Below, in pieces: positions 9,605 to 19,753 of a stretch of DNA of 64,000 nt. The stretch covers positions 2,503 through 66,502 of the forward strand of contig JBJOPW010000005.1 in NCBI GenBank assembly GCA_046050355.1, read 5' to 3'. Within the stretch, counting starts at the first letter, position 1. Every line of letters starts with the position of its first letter. The stretch is from Candidatus Parcubacteria bacterium (GTDB lineage: Bacteria > Patescibacteriota > Minisyncoccia > Phycocordibacterales > UBA918). A program made the position numbers and the translations under genes. The notes beneath the pieces are model-generated. The model made no database searches. It saw only the letters and a program-made list of their open reading frames with translations, and was not told the origin of the DNA.

Positions 9605-11824
9605 CTACTGGCAGCCTACCTCAGGCGCACGACCGGCTTTGAGGTTGCCCGCGACACACTCGGCAGTAGGAGCAAAACTTGGTACCGCCTTTGCCCCTCT
9701 CGCCAATGTCTCAATTGCCTTATCATTCATGATTCGACGTCGTTCGGTATTAGTAGTTGATGCTTGTTGACTCAGTTGGTAGTACAAGTATGCCAAACTT
9801 GCCCACTGTTGCGCATTATCGGGAGTCTTAAGCACACGTTGTTCGTAGAGTGCAGCAAGTTGTTCGTATTGTTTTGCCTGGTTCAGTGCTGAAAAAACAA
9901 AATCACTGTTTATGAGACGATCTTTAAATTCGGGTGTTGTCGATGCAATAAGGGTCTCAGCTTGAGTTGATTCACCAGTAAACAACAACGCAGCATAATA
10001 ATATTCACGAGCTTCGTCATTTGTCTCATCAAGCTCAAAGGCGGTCTTGAAAAAATCACGAGCAGCCGCTGTATTACCAAGCGCGATTTCAACTGCGCCT
10101 TGCTGCAGGATTATTGCCTGTTTCTGTGGAGACAACGAACGAGCTATCGCCAGCTCAGCTTGTGCCTTATTTTGGTCTCCCGTAGCACGATAATAACTTG
10201 ATAAAAAGACATGGAGCCGAGCGTCACCTGGCTTTTTTACCACCATCTCCTTAAGTTCTCTTTCAGTAGTAGCAAGAAACTTGTCGCGCACGGCTGGATC
10301 AATCGATCCAGGATTCTGCGCAATGCCCATTGCTTGTTGCGCCAGCTGTTCGACAATCTCTTGTTCCGCAAAGGAATTGAGCGCTAGGATTTTTTCAAAG
10401 GTCGCCAAACGCTCAGCAATATCCTGGGTACGAAACGCATCAATAATACCTGAAGCTGCACGCATGCCGGGTACATTGACAACGTACACAACAACAATTG
10501 TCAGTACGAGCATCATCGGTGCGGCAATTTGTAGCACGAGTGGTTTTGGTATTGAACGCTTCATAAAGCCTCCCCAATCAACGCTATAGTAACTATGTAC
10601 AAGAGCTAAGAGGACCGCAAAGAAGATATAACTGATAATGTTGTCAAACACCACCAGGTTGTGCGTTAAGTACCCTACGGTGAGTCCAACCAGAATGCCT
10701 CGTTCGAGGACCGGAATCGTACTTTCTTGGCGCCAGGCGACAATAACCAGGTAATAAAAGAGTGCAGCAAAAATACTCCCATAGGCCAGAAGACCAATCA
10801 CCCCTCCCGCAATGAGCCAATCAAAGACAATATTGTGGACTCGATCAAACCACTGTTCTTGCCCATAGAGACGAGGATCATATTGTTCATTGAACACATA
10901 ATTAAAGTTACCGTTCCCCCACCCAAAGAATGGTCGCTCCTTTACTCCTTCGACTGACATTCCCCAAATGATTGAACGCACTCGGAGGTCATTACCAAGG
11001 TCAATATTCGCAATACGAGCTAGCGCTGGTGTGCTTTGGATATACGCTGAATCACGCACCGCAAAAAATCCAGCAAACACCGTGACCAGAACTACTGTCG
11101 CCATCACCGCATAACGACGAATCTGCGGGTTTTTGGTCGCAAAAAGCACCATATACGCTACCATCGACAAGGAACCGGTAGCTAACCCAATAGCTGTACC
11201 ACGCGTACCGGTCTGTAAGAGTACAAACACAAACAAAACGAGGAGTAGACCGTAAATAATACGGTACGGGAGTACTTTCGTACGAGCAAATAAGAGAGCG
11301 GTAATGAAGATATGAAAGAGCATATAGACAGCCATATATGCCGCGTTGCCGAGTGTACTATCAACACGGGTTGTCGTTCCCGATAGTTGCGACACCCCTT
11401 GCAGAGCTACCAAAGCGGCCACACCAACCGTCGTATTTAAGAAGTAGGTCCACACCGTACGACTCTTAAACATACCCGCCAACACAAAGAAATATAAGAA
11501 TACGTGCACGAGGGTTACGTATCCATCCATCCGTTCAAAATTACTCCATAGAGCCGTCGTTATATGTTCTGCTTGCAACGTAGCGATCAACATTACCCCG
11601 AGTAATCCGGCAAAAGTCGCAAGCAACCAAGAGAATCGTGGTCGGAAGGTTGTATCAAGGAGCGCTAATAGTACATACGCGCCTAACACAATTTCGACAA
11701 TGATACGAAACCAGAAATTTTTACCCGTAATGTATGGGAAAAAATTTTCGTTTGCGACATAGAGTGTTAAAAAAGGAACCGCAAACAAACCAATATAAAT
11801 AATGCCTTGCAAAATATCTTTCAT
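9605..11824 (-). CDS. O-antigen ligase (Wzy_C)-like polytopic membrane protein with C-terminal TPR repeats
   Basis: 739 aa. The N-terminal approximately 450 aa has 10 or more TM helices. The C-terminal approximately 280 aa is TPR-like (AIARSLSPQKQAIILQQGAVEIALGNTAAARDFFKTAFELDETNDEAREYYY). Confidence 0.75.
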   Translation of the reverse strand: MKDILQGIIYIGLFAVPFLTLYVANENFFPYITGKNFWFRIIVEIVLGAYVLLALLDTTFRPRFSWLLATFAGLLGVMLIATLQAEHITTALWSNFERMDGYVTLVHVFLYFFVLAGMFKSRTVWTYFLNTTVGVAALVALQGVSQLSGTTTRVDSTLGNAAYMAVYMLFHIFITALLFARTKVLPYRIIYGLLLVLFVFVLLQTGTRGTAIGLATGSLSMVAYMVLFATKNPQIRRYAVMATVVLVTVFAGFFAVRDSAYIQSTPALARIANIDLGNDLRVRSIIWGMSVEGVKERPFFGWGNGNFNYVFNEQYDPRLYGQEQWFDRVHNIVFDWLIAGGVIGLLAYGSIFAALFYYLVIVAWRQESTIPVLERGILVGLTVGYLTHNLVVFDNIISYIFFAVLLALVHSYYSVDWGGFMKRSIPKPLVLQIAAPMMLVLTIVVVYVVNVPGMRAASGIIDAFRTQDIAERLATFEKILALNSFAEQEIVEQLAQQAMGIAQNPGSIDPAVRDKFLATTERELKEMVVKKPGDARLHVFLSSYYRATGDQNKAQAELAIARSLSPQKQAIILQQGAVEIALGNTAAARDFFKTAFELDETNDEAREYYYAALLFTGESTQAETLIASTTPEFKDRLINSDFVFSALNQAKQYEQLAALYEQRVLKTPDNAQQWASLAYLYYQLSQQASTTNTERRRIMNDKAIETLARGAKAVPSFAPTAECVAGNLKAGRAPEVGCQ

Positions 11825-11982
11825 ATGGCTATTACTATACCATAGGCAAAATTGGGCCGGTCTCTAGACGAAATACCATTCCTAATGTGTTGCATCAGCC
11901 TCCCTGAGCCGATATCGGAACACAGGACTCATTGTAGTCTTTATAGACTCTACTAAGAAACTTGCTGTTTCAGTGGTAATCA

Positions 11983-12810
11983 CTAGCGCAATTCCCAAAA
12001 TGCCACCATATCGCGTCCCAGCAGATGGGACAAGCGATCAGTAGCTGGGTACATACTTTGTAAGAACAGCGTACGCTCCGCTTCGGTAAGTAATGTCGAG
12101 AGATCGGGGTCATCATCAAACAATGGACCAACTGGACGCACGGTTAATTTTTTGTAGATTTTTTTGCTCCGCATGATGGCGCGCTTGATAAGCCCTGGAT
12201 GCTTCGGGGGTTCTGGTGGAGGTGCCAGATGTCGCAGACTTTTTGGTATAAAGTTTTTATCAACTTCTAGATAGGCGTACAGTTCTGATATGGTTTTAAG
12301 TGGGTCAGCTACCAAATCTTCATAAACAACTACATGTAGATTAACGGGTGCATAATACTCATAATAGTGAGCAAGGTGGTCGGCATAACAACTTTCAAGC
12401 TGTAGCGCTGGCTCTGCCGATAAGTAGGCAGCCGCATTCAGTGTTTGGGCTTTTTTGTCAATTTTTTGCCGTGCGATATAGGCTGCTAAAGCACGCTTGA
12501 GTGGGTGTCGCACCACTACAAACAGTTTAGTGTTACTGTAACTCGAAGCAATCCGATTTGGTGTCTCACTACTCACCAAGTAGCCAGCCGAGACATCACC
12601 ACAAAGACGGCCAGATTGACTGTGTCCATGACTGACGGTAGCTTCATACCAATCTAGTCCTTTCTTCGTATACACTTCAGTGTTAAAGAAATTAACCGCT
12701 GGTATAGTATCGGCAACGGCTTCATGTTCAGAGAGCCACTTGGTAATCTGTGTCAGTCCAGCGTGTGATGCACCAATCCCAATAAAAGATGGTCCTTGTC
12801 GCATTTTCAT
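11983..12810 (-). CDS. Sulfotransferase-family protein
   Basis: 275 aa. 5'-PSB-like motif FIGIGASHAGLTQI and 3'-PB-like motif VVVRHPLKRALAAYIA. Confidence 0.65.
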   Translation of the reverse strand: MKMRQGPSFIGIGASHAGLTQITKWLSEHEAVADTIPAVNFFNTEVYTKKGLDWYEATVSHGHSQSGRLCGDVSAGYLVSSETPNRIASSYSNTKLFVVVRHPLKRALAAYIARQKIDKKAQTLNAAAYLSAEPALQLESCYADHLAHYYEYYAPVNLHVVVYEDLVADPLKTISELYAYLEVDKNFIPKSLRHLAPPPEPPKHPGLIKRAIMRSKKIYKKLTVRPVGPLFDDDPDLSTLLTEAERTLFLQSMYPATDRLSHLLGRDMVAFWELR

Positions 12811-12836
12811 AATGATATATCTAGTGTAGCACGAAT

Positions 12837-14222
12837 TTAATTGGCTTCGTAAAATAGTGCCCGCTCAATACTCCCACGATATTCATCCACATAAGATCGT
12901 TCACTTTGTTCTAAGTTTTTCATGAGCGCAGTGCGACTCCGTTCTCGTAATTGCAGACGACCACCGTTATCATTAAGCAAACGGCCAAGGAGTTCACTAA
13001 TCCGTGGTGAATGAGCTTCCGAAACAAGATATGCCGATTCTCCATCAACAAAAATGTCTTCACGGAGTGGTGTCGTGCTCATAATAGTGGGGACACCAGC
13101 CGCTGCGCCATACAGCACAATCTCATCAGCAAGACTATTAGTATCGATTACCAACAATGCATCAGCGCTGCCCATGTATGCTTGAATATCAATCGCACGT
13201 CGCTCAATAATCACCTGATCTTTGATCCCCAGCAGCGCCGCCCGTCGCTCACACTCTATTACTCCCCGTCCGCTACCGATCATCAAAAACCCAACTCGTG
13301 GATTTCGTAAAATGGACCGAGCAGCATCAATAGCACTAAAAGCATTTGTGGTGGTTTGCAAATCCCCCACGTACAAAATTATGAAATTAAATTGCGGATA
13401 CTTCGTTTTTAAAAAGGTACTCTGTTGCCCAGTAAAATCACTGAGGTACCCACGATACCGGGGTAATACAGCAATATCATAACCATCACCCAATCGCTGG
13501 TTATAAGCTGACGCTGCTTCGTCAGTAGTTACCCGAATACTTGGAAACTGTCTTATTAACCAGGAATCAAACCACCGCTCCCACCGAGCACTTGATTGAT
13601 AATAGCGCTCAGGGATATGCAGCTGGATCGATCGCCTATAAAACCTACCTACTCCGTAAGCACAAAAGGCACTGACGCCAACCTCGCGCGCAATCACAAT
13701 ATCAGGACGAAAACCATCAGCAAAAGTTAACTCTTTGGCCATCATTGACCACGCGACAAAAGGCAACTGCCAGCGGTGTTTGGCGGTGACTGTATACAAC
13801 CAGGTGTTCGTGTCAACCCGTAAAATTGGATGCCTCGCTGCGATACCAGTGCGCAACACGATAATATGCACCTCATGGAACAAACGAGCTATCGCCGTAA
13901 ATCCATCAAGAGATTTGGTGGCTTGATTTAGCATATTCGTATCTGTCGTAATAAAGAGCACTCGCGTTTTTGTTCGAGCACTGTCAGTTTCAACAATCGG
14001 AGTACTCCTCGCTTCGGCGACTGAGACCAGTGGTTCGGTAGCAGTCGCACGCTTTTCCTTACTCGTACGGAGAATCGATTCAAGTGATTGTTGCGCGTCT
14101 TCTATATAATTACCGTCGGCCATACTGCCATTAGTATACGTTGTTTGTAGGAGAATAATGCTCATGACTGTGGAGCAACCACAATATTGATGTCTCAAAA
14201 TACCGGTACCTTCACTAGGCAA
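12837..14222 (-). CDS. Glycosyltransferase (GT4-like C-terminal domain); true start may be an internal Met
   Basis: 461 aa. The C-terminal GT-B donor-binding region (LLVIDTNSLADEIVLYGAAAGVPTIMSTTPLREDIFVDGESAYLV) is present. Confidence 0.7.
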   Translation of the reverse strand: MPSEGTGILRHQYCGCSTVMSIILLQTTYTNGSMADGNYIEDAQQSLESILRTSKEKRATATEPLVSVAEARSTPIVETDSARTKTRVLFITTDTNMLNQATKSLDGFTAIARLFHEVHIIVLRTGIAARHPILRVDTNTWLYTVTAKHRWQLPFVAWSMMAKELTFADGFRPDIVIAREVGVSAFCAYGVGRFYRRSIQLHIPERYYQSSARWERWFDSWLIRQFPSIRVTTDEAASAYNQRLGDGYDIAVLPRYRGYLSDFTGQQSTFLKTKYPQFNFIILYVGDLQTTTNAFSAIDAARSILRNPRVGFLMIGSGRGVIECERRAALLGIKDQVIIERRAIDIQAYMGSADALLVIDTNSLADEIVLYGAAAGVPTIMSTTPLREDIFVDGESAYLVSEAHSPRISELLGRLLNDNGGRLQLRERSRTALMKNLEQSERSYVDEYRGSIERALFYEAN

Positions 14223-14272
14223 ACTAATAGTTGCCCGTGACGGGTGTTATGAGAGTAACGAGCAATAATTGA

Positions 14273-15136
14273 CTATGCGCCGTATATACCAGCTACTAGA
14301 TCAAGATCTTTTTTACTCGCTCGTAACAGCGTGGTGTTTTTTGTCTCAATCGCCGTCAGCATCGCCTGACCAGAAATATCATGTGGTACCGTAGACTCAT
14401 ACCAGTCGGCAAAGGCGGCCCAGTCTTTCGGAAAACAATGACCACCTGCACCACGTCCTGGCAAACTACCGGCATGTCCACTTTGACTGACCACCTCCAT
14501 ATGACTGGAGCCAATACGCGGATCAGCCTTCATAGCATTAACTATCGTTGCGTAGTCGGCCTCGACCGCTTGCGCAGCATCAAAGATGATATTCATGAAC
14601 ACCACTTTAAGCGCCAAGAAATTATTCCCCGCATACTTAATCAGTTCCGCTTCATTGGAACCAGTGATGCATGTATACGGACTTTTTGGCAACAGCGCGA
14701 CCACTCGTTGTGCAGCAGCTTCATGGGCGTTGTCTTGAACCGGTAGACCAATGATCGTCCGTGGTGGCATTACCGTATCTTCGCGTGCACTTTTTTCTCG
14801 CAAAAACTCAGGGCTATGCAGCACGATGATTTGTGGGAACAGCGCTTGCAGCCGCTTGGTCGTACCTGGCAGAATTGTCGATTTGATCACTGCCACCCGT
14901 CCCACCCCTACCAAAGGGAGCACTGATTCCAAAATCGAAACATCAAATCCACTGGGAGTGGTAGGTGTTGGTACCGCAATAAAGACGACATCACAAGTAG
15001 CGATACTATCTTTATGCTGAGCATACTCTGGCTCAAGCGCATAGCGCACTACAAAAAAGCCTCGACTCTCAAAGTCATCAGCTAGATGACGTCCAATAAA
15101 ACCTTGACCAATAAAGCCGATTCGTGTTGTTTGCAT
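14273..15136 (-). CDS. UDP-glucose/GDP-mannose dehydrogenase-family protein, short form lacking the C-terminal UDP-binding domain
   Basis: 287 aa. Rossmann N-terminus GFIGQGFIGRHLA and catalytic-Cys region GHCFPKDW. It is about 100-150 aa shorter than canonical UGDH. Confidence 0.7.
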   Translation of the reverse strand: MQTTRIGFIGQGFIGRHLADDFESRGFFVVRYALEPEYAQHKDSIATCDVVFIAVPTPTTPSGFDVSILESVLPLVGVGRVAVIKSTILPGTTKRLQALFPQIIVLHSPEFLREKSAREDTVMPPRTIIGLPVQDNAHEAAAQRVVALLPKSPYTCITGSNEAELIKYAGNNFLALKVVFMNIIFDAAQAVEADYATIVNAMKADPRIGSSHMEVVSQSGHAGSLPGRGAGGHCFPKDWAAFADWYESTVPHDISGQAMLTAIETKNTTLLRASKKDLDLVAGIYGA

Positions 15137-15175
15137 ATTTGTGTAACCACTACAACTACGAATCGCCGGACTTGG

Positions 15176-16036
15176 TTATTTTTTCTTAAAGATAGCGATG
15201 AATTCTGGATACAAGTTAAGACCGAGTAGCGCATTGACCTGATACCCAAGCCATCGCCACCAATGCTGCTTTTTGAATTGTTGCTTGTATGGATATACGT
15301 ACTCAAATGACTCTAGCGTAAAACCGGCTTTTTCTAGGGTTTTGATTGAACGGTAATTCCAATAGTTTAAGTGTCCACCAGGTTCTTGGTAGATATAACG
15401 TGGCACTTTATGATTCCACCCGAGCATCAGGGCTACTTTATATTTGAGGTAGGCCCAGCGAGCATTCGGCAACTTGAGGAGTAAGCGTCCATCTGGAGTT
15501 AAGGCATTATGGATATGTGCTAACGCATCCCAAAACTTATGTACATGCTCAAGTACATCAAACATACAAATGAGATTGAATTGCCGACCAGGTTTGTAGG
15601 TCTCAATATTTTCGATATCTCCACCATACCCAAAATACTCTTCGGTCATAGCCTGATACATCTTATCTACTTCAAGAATACGTAGATTTTCGGCTTTGGC
15701 ACCGCGCTTCTCTAACTCATTAAGAAAGAAACCACCACTGGCACCCACATCAAGGGCACTCATAGCTTGACCATACCAAACCATCGCTCGATCAGCATAC
15801 TGCTCGTAGAGCTTCTTTTTGACGTGATTATCTTTAGGATACTTTATTTTTAATTTTGCAAGCGCTGCTGGATCAACCGAAGCATGAGTAATCAGTTGAA
15901 AACTGGCTTGTTGTCGTTCGCGCTCAGGCACGGCGACAAAAAAATAACCACAAGCCTGACATTTATTCATATTGTGTGTCAATACCGACACGCGAGGTGA
16001 CTGGCAAGACAGACAGGTGACTGTTTGATTTTCCAT
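15176..16036 (-). CDS. Class I SAM-dependent methyltransferase with N-terminal Zn-ribbon
   Basis: 286 aa. CxxC...CxxC N-terminus and motif I LDVGASGGFFLNEL, then ICMFDVLEHV. Confidence 0.7.
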   Translation of the reverse strand: MENQTVTCLSCQSPRVSVLTHNMNKCQACGYFFVAVPERERQQASFQLITHASVDPAALAKLKIKYPKDNHVKKKLYEQYADRAMVWYGQAMSALDVGASGGFFLNELEKRGAKAENLRILEVDKMYQAMTEEYFGYGGDIENIETYKPGRQFNLICMFDVLEHVHKFWDALAHIHNALTPDGRLLLKLPNARWAYLKYKVALMLGWNHKVPRYIYQEPGGHLNYWNYRSIKTLEKAGFTLESFEYVYPYKQQFKKQHWWRWLGYQVNALLGLNLYPEFIAIFKKK

Positions 16037-17392
16037 ACTGCACTAGTATACACCCCCAAAATCAAAAAAGAACAGCTGGTACCATATCGGCTTTTATCGG
16101 AGTTTGATACTATATACCAGTTATCTATGTGGTCATCGTTTATTTCTGCCATTGAACAACGCAGTCGTCTCTCACTACGCTCTCATCTTCCGAGTACGCT
16201 CTGGCTATTTGGTGGTCAGATCATTGGCAGTGTTGGTAGCCTGGTGCTTACCGTACTATTAGCCAATTATCTGACAGAAAATGACTTTGGTACCTACAAA
16301 TACCTCCTTACTATTTTTGGTTTTATTAGTGTGATTGCCCTCACTGGCTTTGCTACCTCGATCACTCGATCGGTTGCTCATGGGTTTGAGGGGGAGCTCA
16401 AGGCCGGCATCAAAACCTCGCTCCGTTATAGCGTTGGCATGATTGCCTTAGGGCTAGTCATCAGTGGCTATTACGTATGGCAAGGGAACCTCATTATTGG
16501 TCTCGGGAGTCTAGTGGCTACACTCACTGCCCCACTCCTAAACGCACTGCCCTTGTATACCGCCCTCATCAATGGTCGCCACGACCACAAAAACTACAGT
16601 ATCGTGGGTGTGCTCATTAATGTGGTGCCGGTACTTGCGTCGCTGGTCGCTCTCTATTTCACCACCGCTATACTTGCCCTCTTTACTGTCTATATGGTCA
16701 GCCAAGTAGTGCTTCATATCGTGCTTTATTATGTGGTGATATATCACTACCAACCAAACGACAAACGCGACCATCATTCAACGAGTTACGGCAAGCATTT
16801 AAGTCTTATGAACATCCTTGGCGGTATCTCATATCAGCTCGATAAGGTAGTAATCTGGCATGTGCTTGGCCCAGTGCAACTGGCGGTATACACGATAGCC
16901 ATTGCTCCCGCTCAACAGTTACGGTATCTCAACAAGATCCTGACTACCATTACCCTCCCCCGCTTTAGTCAACGAACGCTCGCGCACCTGCAAGCCACCA
17001 TGATCCCAAAGCTCCTGGCGCTCCTCGTCGTCTCAGCTGGCATTGTCCTTGGCTACGTCCTTATTGCCCCATACCTCTTCACCTATTTTGTCCCGACCTA
17101 CACCGAAGCCATTATCTACTCACAGGTATTCGCCTTTTTGATTCTCTTCTTCCCCGCTGGTCTCTTGCAGGAGGCCATCAAAGCACACGCTGATACCAAA
17201 GCGCTCTATATTATCCAAACAGTTATCCCTAGCCTCAAGATTATCCTCCTCCTCGTACTGACCCCGCTCTTTGGCATCTTCGGCGTACTGGCGGCTATGT
17301 TCATCTGCGAAATAACCCGGCTAGTCATTGTCCTCTGGTATTTCTACCGGCCACTAGGCGGCACCGGTGTAAAGGCGGAGCACATAGCCTGA
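16025..17392 (+). CDS. Oligosaccharide flippase (Wzx/MOP superfamily) membrane protein; an alternative start lies near 16127
   Basis: 455 aa with 12 or more TM segments and the polysaccharide-biosynthesis (MATE-like) fold. It is the only + strand gene in the glycan locus. Confidence 0.75.
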   Translation: MIFHTALVYTPKIKKEQLVPYRLLSEFDTIYQLSMWSSFISAIEQRSRLSLRSHLPSTLWLFGGQIIGSVGSLVLTVLLANYLTENDFGTYKYLLTIFGFISVIALTGFATSITRSVAHGFEGELKAGIKTSLRYSVGMIALGLVISGYYVWQGNLIIGLGSLVATLTAPLLNALPLYTALINGRHDHKNYSIVGVLINVVPVLASLVALYFTTAILALFTVYMVSQVVLHIVLYYVVIYHYQPNDKRDHHSTSYGKHLSLMNILGGISYQLDKVVIWHVLGPVQLAVYTIAIAPAQQLRYLNKILTTITLPRFSQRTLAHLQATMIPKLLALLVVSAGIVLGYVLIAPYLFTYFVPTYTEAIIYSQVFAFLILFFPAGLLQEAIKAHADTKALYIIQTVIPSLKIILLLVLTPLFGIFGVLAAMFICEITRLVIVLWYFYRPLGGTGVKAEHIA

Positions 17393-18262
17393 ACCGGGAA
17401 GCAACACAAAGAAAAACCATAAGGCATGCTTGAGCGACCAGTCGTACTGCATGGCCTGCCACGCATAGACGATCGCCTCTCGTTTTTTCCGCATTAATAA
17501 TAGTCCGATTGAAACACCATAGGACAATGCCCCAAACCGGTACGGTGCATTTTGTTTGAGATCTACCGCAAAATCAGCAAGGTAGCGTATCAAGTGAGGC
17601 ACCCGTTCAATCGAACGATTTGGCTTAAAAACCTTGCGATCTAACGTCAGCGAGACACCGTCTGATTCTAAATATACATCACCGAGTTCCTCCGATAGAT
17701 GGTACCAACATGTTTGTTTGGCTAGGTACCCATTAACCATAAAATCAATATTGCGGGCTTGGTAGCGCACAGTCGCAAAAAATTCCCGACGCACAACACG
17801 CACTTTTTCGTTATTGGGGACGTACTTAGAGATAATCTGCCCGAGTGTTAGATAACCAGCTGCTCGACTCGGATACGGCACAATCTCACCTCGCAGTAAT
17901 TGCCGACATGGTGCGGACACAACTCCCACGTCACTATGCTCTTGAAATATTTTCATCGCGACAGCTATAGCCTGCGGATAGAGCACATCGTCACTATCCC
18001 ACACCATAATAAAATCGCCCGTCGCGGCATCGAGACCCTTATTACGGGCAACGGTAGCACCTGCATTTTTTTTGAGCACTATGACATGTACTCGCTTGTC
18101 ACTACTGTTAATACCTGCTACTACTCGGTGTGTCTCGTCCGTAGACCCATCGTCAACGATGATTACTTCTAGATCACTCCAGGTTTGCGTCAGAACACTT
18201 TCTACAGAACGCAGCAGTGTTGATGCGCGATTATAGGTAGCAATAACAACACTAACTTTCAT
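17354..18262 (-). CDS. Family 2 glycosyltransferase
   Basis: 302 aa. N-terminal GT-A signature VSVVIATYNRASTLLRSVESVLTQTWSDLEVIIVDDGSTD and DxD motif WDSDD. Confidence 0.85.
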   Translation of the reverse strand: MKVSVVIATYNRASTLLRSVESVLTQTWSDLEVIIVDDGSTDETHRVVAGINSSDKRVHVIVLKKNAGATVARNKGLDAATGDFIMVWDSDDVLYPQAIAVAMKIFQEHSDVGVVSAPCRQLLRGEIVPYPSRAAGYLTLGQIISKYVPNNEKVRVVRREFFATVRYQARNIDFMVNGYLAKQTCWYHLSEELGDVYLESDGVSLTLDRKVFKPNRSIERVPHLIRYLADFAVDLKQNAPYRFGALSYGVSIGLLLMRKKREAIVYAWQAMQYDWSLKHALWFFFVLLPGSGYVLRLYTGAA

Positions 18263-18263
18263 G

Positions 18264-18926
18264 CTATTTTACCCGCAGTAGTACAAATACACTACTGGAG
18301 TGACGCTTCAAACCAAAACCGGTGACCATCGCTGCAATAAACGCCTGCTTCAGTTTCTTTACTAATCGAGTCTCCCCTCGGTATTGAATTGGATATTGGT
18401 AAATGACACGTTCAATTTCGTAAGTTCCCGCCTTTTCATGTCCGGTGAAGAAATCTACGATTTCAAGATACGAGAAATACCACTTATGGCGATCAACTGG
18501 TTTCTCGAGTGGCAGACCATAAAATTTGCCCGTACGATGGGTCTTATAAATCTTGTTCAAACGGTGGTACGAAATTGAGTTAGGAATAGAGATAATCATA
18601 TATTTCTTCGTCACTCGTTGAATATCATGAAATACCTCGTGGAGATTATCGATATGTTCGAGCACCTCGGTACAGATTGAAAGTTCATAACTCTTATCAG
18701 GTAAAAAACGCAGACTCTCTTTTTCAAGGTCAACCATTCTATCCGGCTTCCCACCAATATCAATACCAAAAACTTTGTCACCGTACACTTGTTTTAAGAA
18801 ATTATCATCACACCCGACATCAAGAATCGAGGTGGACTCGCGAATCTCCTTGTCGAAATGTCGTTTAAGAAATTCATACCGGTCAGCTCGGTTTTTGATG
18901 GCAGTAGTATCGTGGACAATGTTCAT
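18264..18926 (-). CDS. Class I SAM-dependent methyltransferase
   Basis: 220 aa. Motif I ILDVGCDDNF and post-I motif ICTEVLEHIDN. Confidence 0.75.
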   Translation of the reverse strand: MNIVHDTTAIKNRADRYEFLKRHFDKEIRESTSILDVGCDDNFLKQVYGDKVFGIDIGGKPDRMVDLEKESLRFLPDKSYELSICTEVLEHIDNLHEVFHDIQRVTKKYMIISIPNSISYHRLNKIYKTHRTGKFYGLPLEKPVDRHKWYFSYLEIVDFFTGHEKAGTYEIERVIYQYPIQYRGETRLVKKLKQAFIAAMVTGFGLKRHSSSVFVLLRVK

Positions 18927-18936
18927 AGGAATAAAA

Positions 18937-19752
18937 TTATTTGTTGCGCTTCACAATAATATAGGCCGTGGCCAGAAAAGGCAAAAACCAATCAACTTTA
19001 AAACTCACAAAGAGCGACAAACGATACAACGTTGGTAAACGCTGGCGAATCGTCCCAATACCTAAAATTCGTTCAGGTAAAGTTATCCAGCACCAATGTG
19101 TAAGAAAGCTAGCCAATCCCCCCACCCGATAATACAGAGTCTCCTCATTGGCCTTGCCAAACAACTGCTTGAGGCGACGTTTATTATACTGTCGGAATCC
19201 ATGCCAAAAATACAAAAACAGGGTTGGAAACATCGGCACCACATGGATTTGTACACCTCCGCGTGTAACCAGTTGGTGCGCTACCGCTACGGCCGCCCTA
19301 TCATCAACGACATGCTCAAGTACTGTCATACTAATAACAAGATCGTATTTTTTGTCAGTGATCATGGTCGTCACATCACCTACAATCAACGTCGAATTGA
19401 AAGCCGGATGCGCAGCGTTGTACGCTGCCTCCTGCACCATATCAATACCCGTATAAGAACCACTGTATCCGTGTGAGGCTAGCACATCACGCACATACCC
19501 AGTGCCACAACCAATATCGAATACCTCGATTGTCTTCTGCGGGAGAGCCTGTACTAAAACCCGAGAGAATACCCGATCTAGGAGCTGTCTCGTCGGTGAT
19601 TCAGTATTGACCTCAGCCAACGTGAAGCGTGGTGCGACATGGGTACTTTTAAGTGACGTCGTATAGCCCCAAATACCGCGAGGGATATTTAATGCTAGAT
19701 ACTGCAATTTTTGGGTAAAGGTGAGACGAACATCACCACAAATTTCCTTCAT
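18937..19752 (-). CDS. Class I SAM-dependent methyltransferase with C-terminal hydrophobic tail
   Basis: 271 aa. Motif I VFDIGCGTGYV, then ISMTVLEHVVD. Confidence 0.7.
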   Translation of the reverse strand: MKEICGDVRLTFTQKLQYLALNIPRGIWGYTTSLKSTHVAPRFTLAEVNTESPTRQLLDRVFSRVLVQALPQKTIEVFDIGCGTGYVRDVLASHGYSGSYTGIDMVQEAAYNAAHPAFNSTLIVGDVTTMITDKKYDLVISMTVLEHVVDDRAAVAVAHQLVTRGGVQIHVVPMFPTLFLYFWHGFRQYNKRRLKQLFGKANEETLYYRVGGLASFLTHWCWITLPERILGIGTIRQRLPTLYRLSLFVSFKVDWFLPFLATAYIIVKRNK

Positions 19753-19753
19753 A

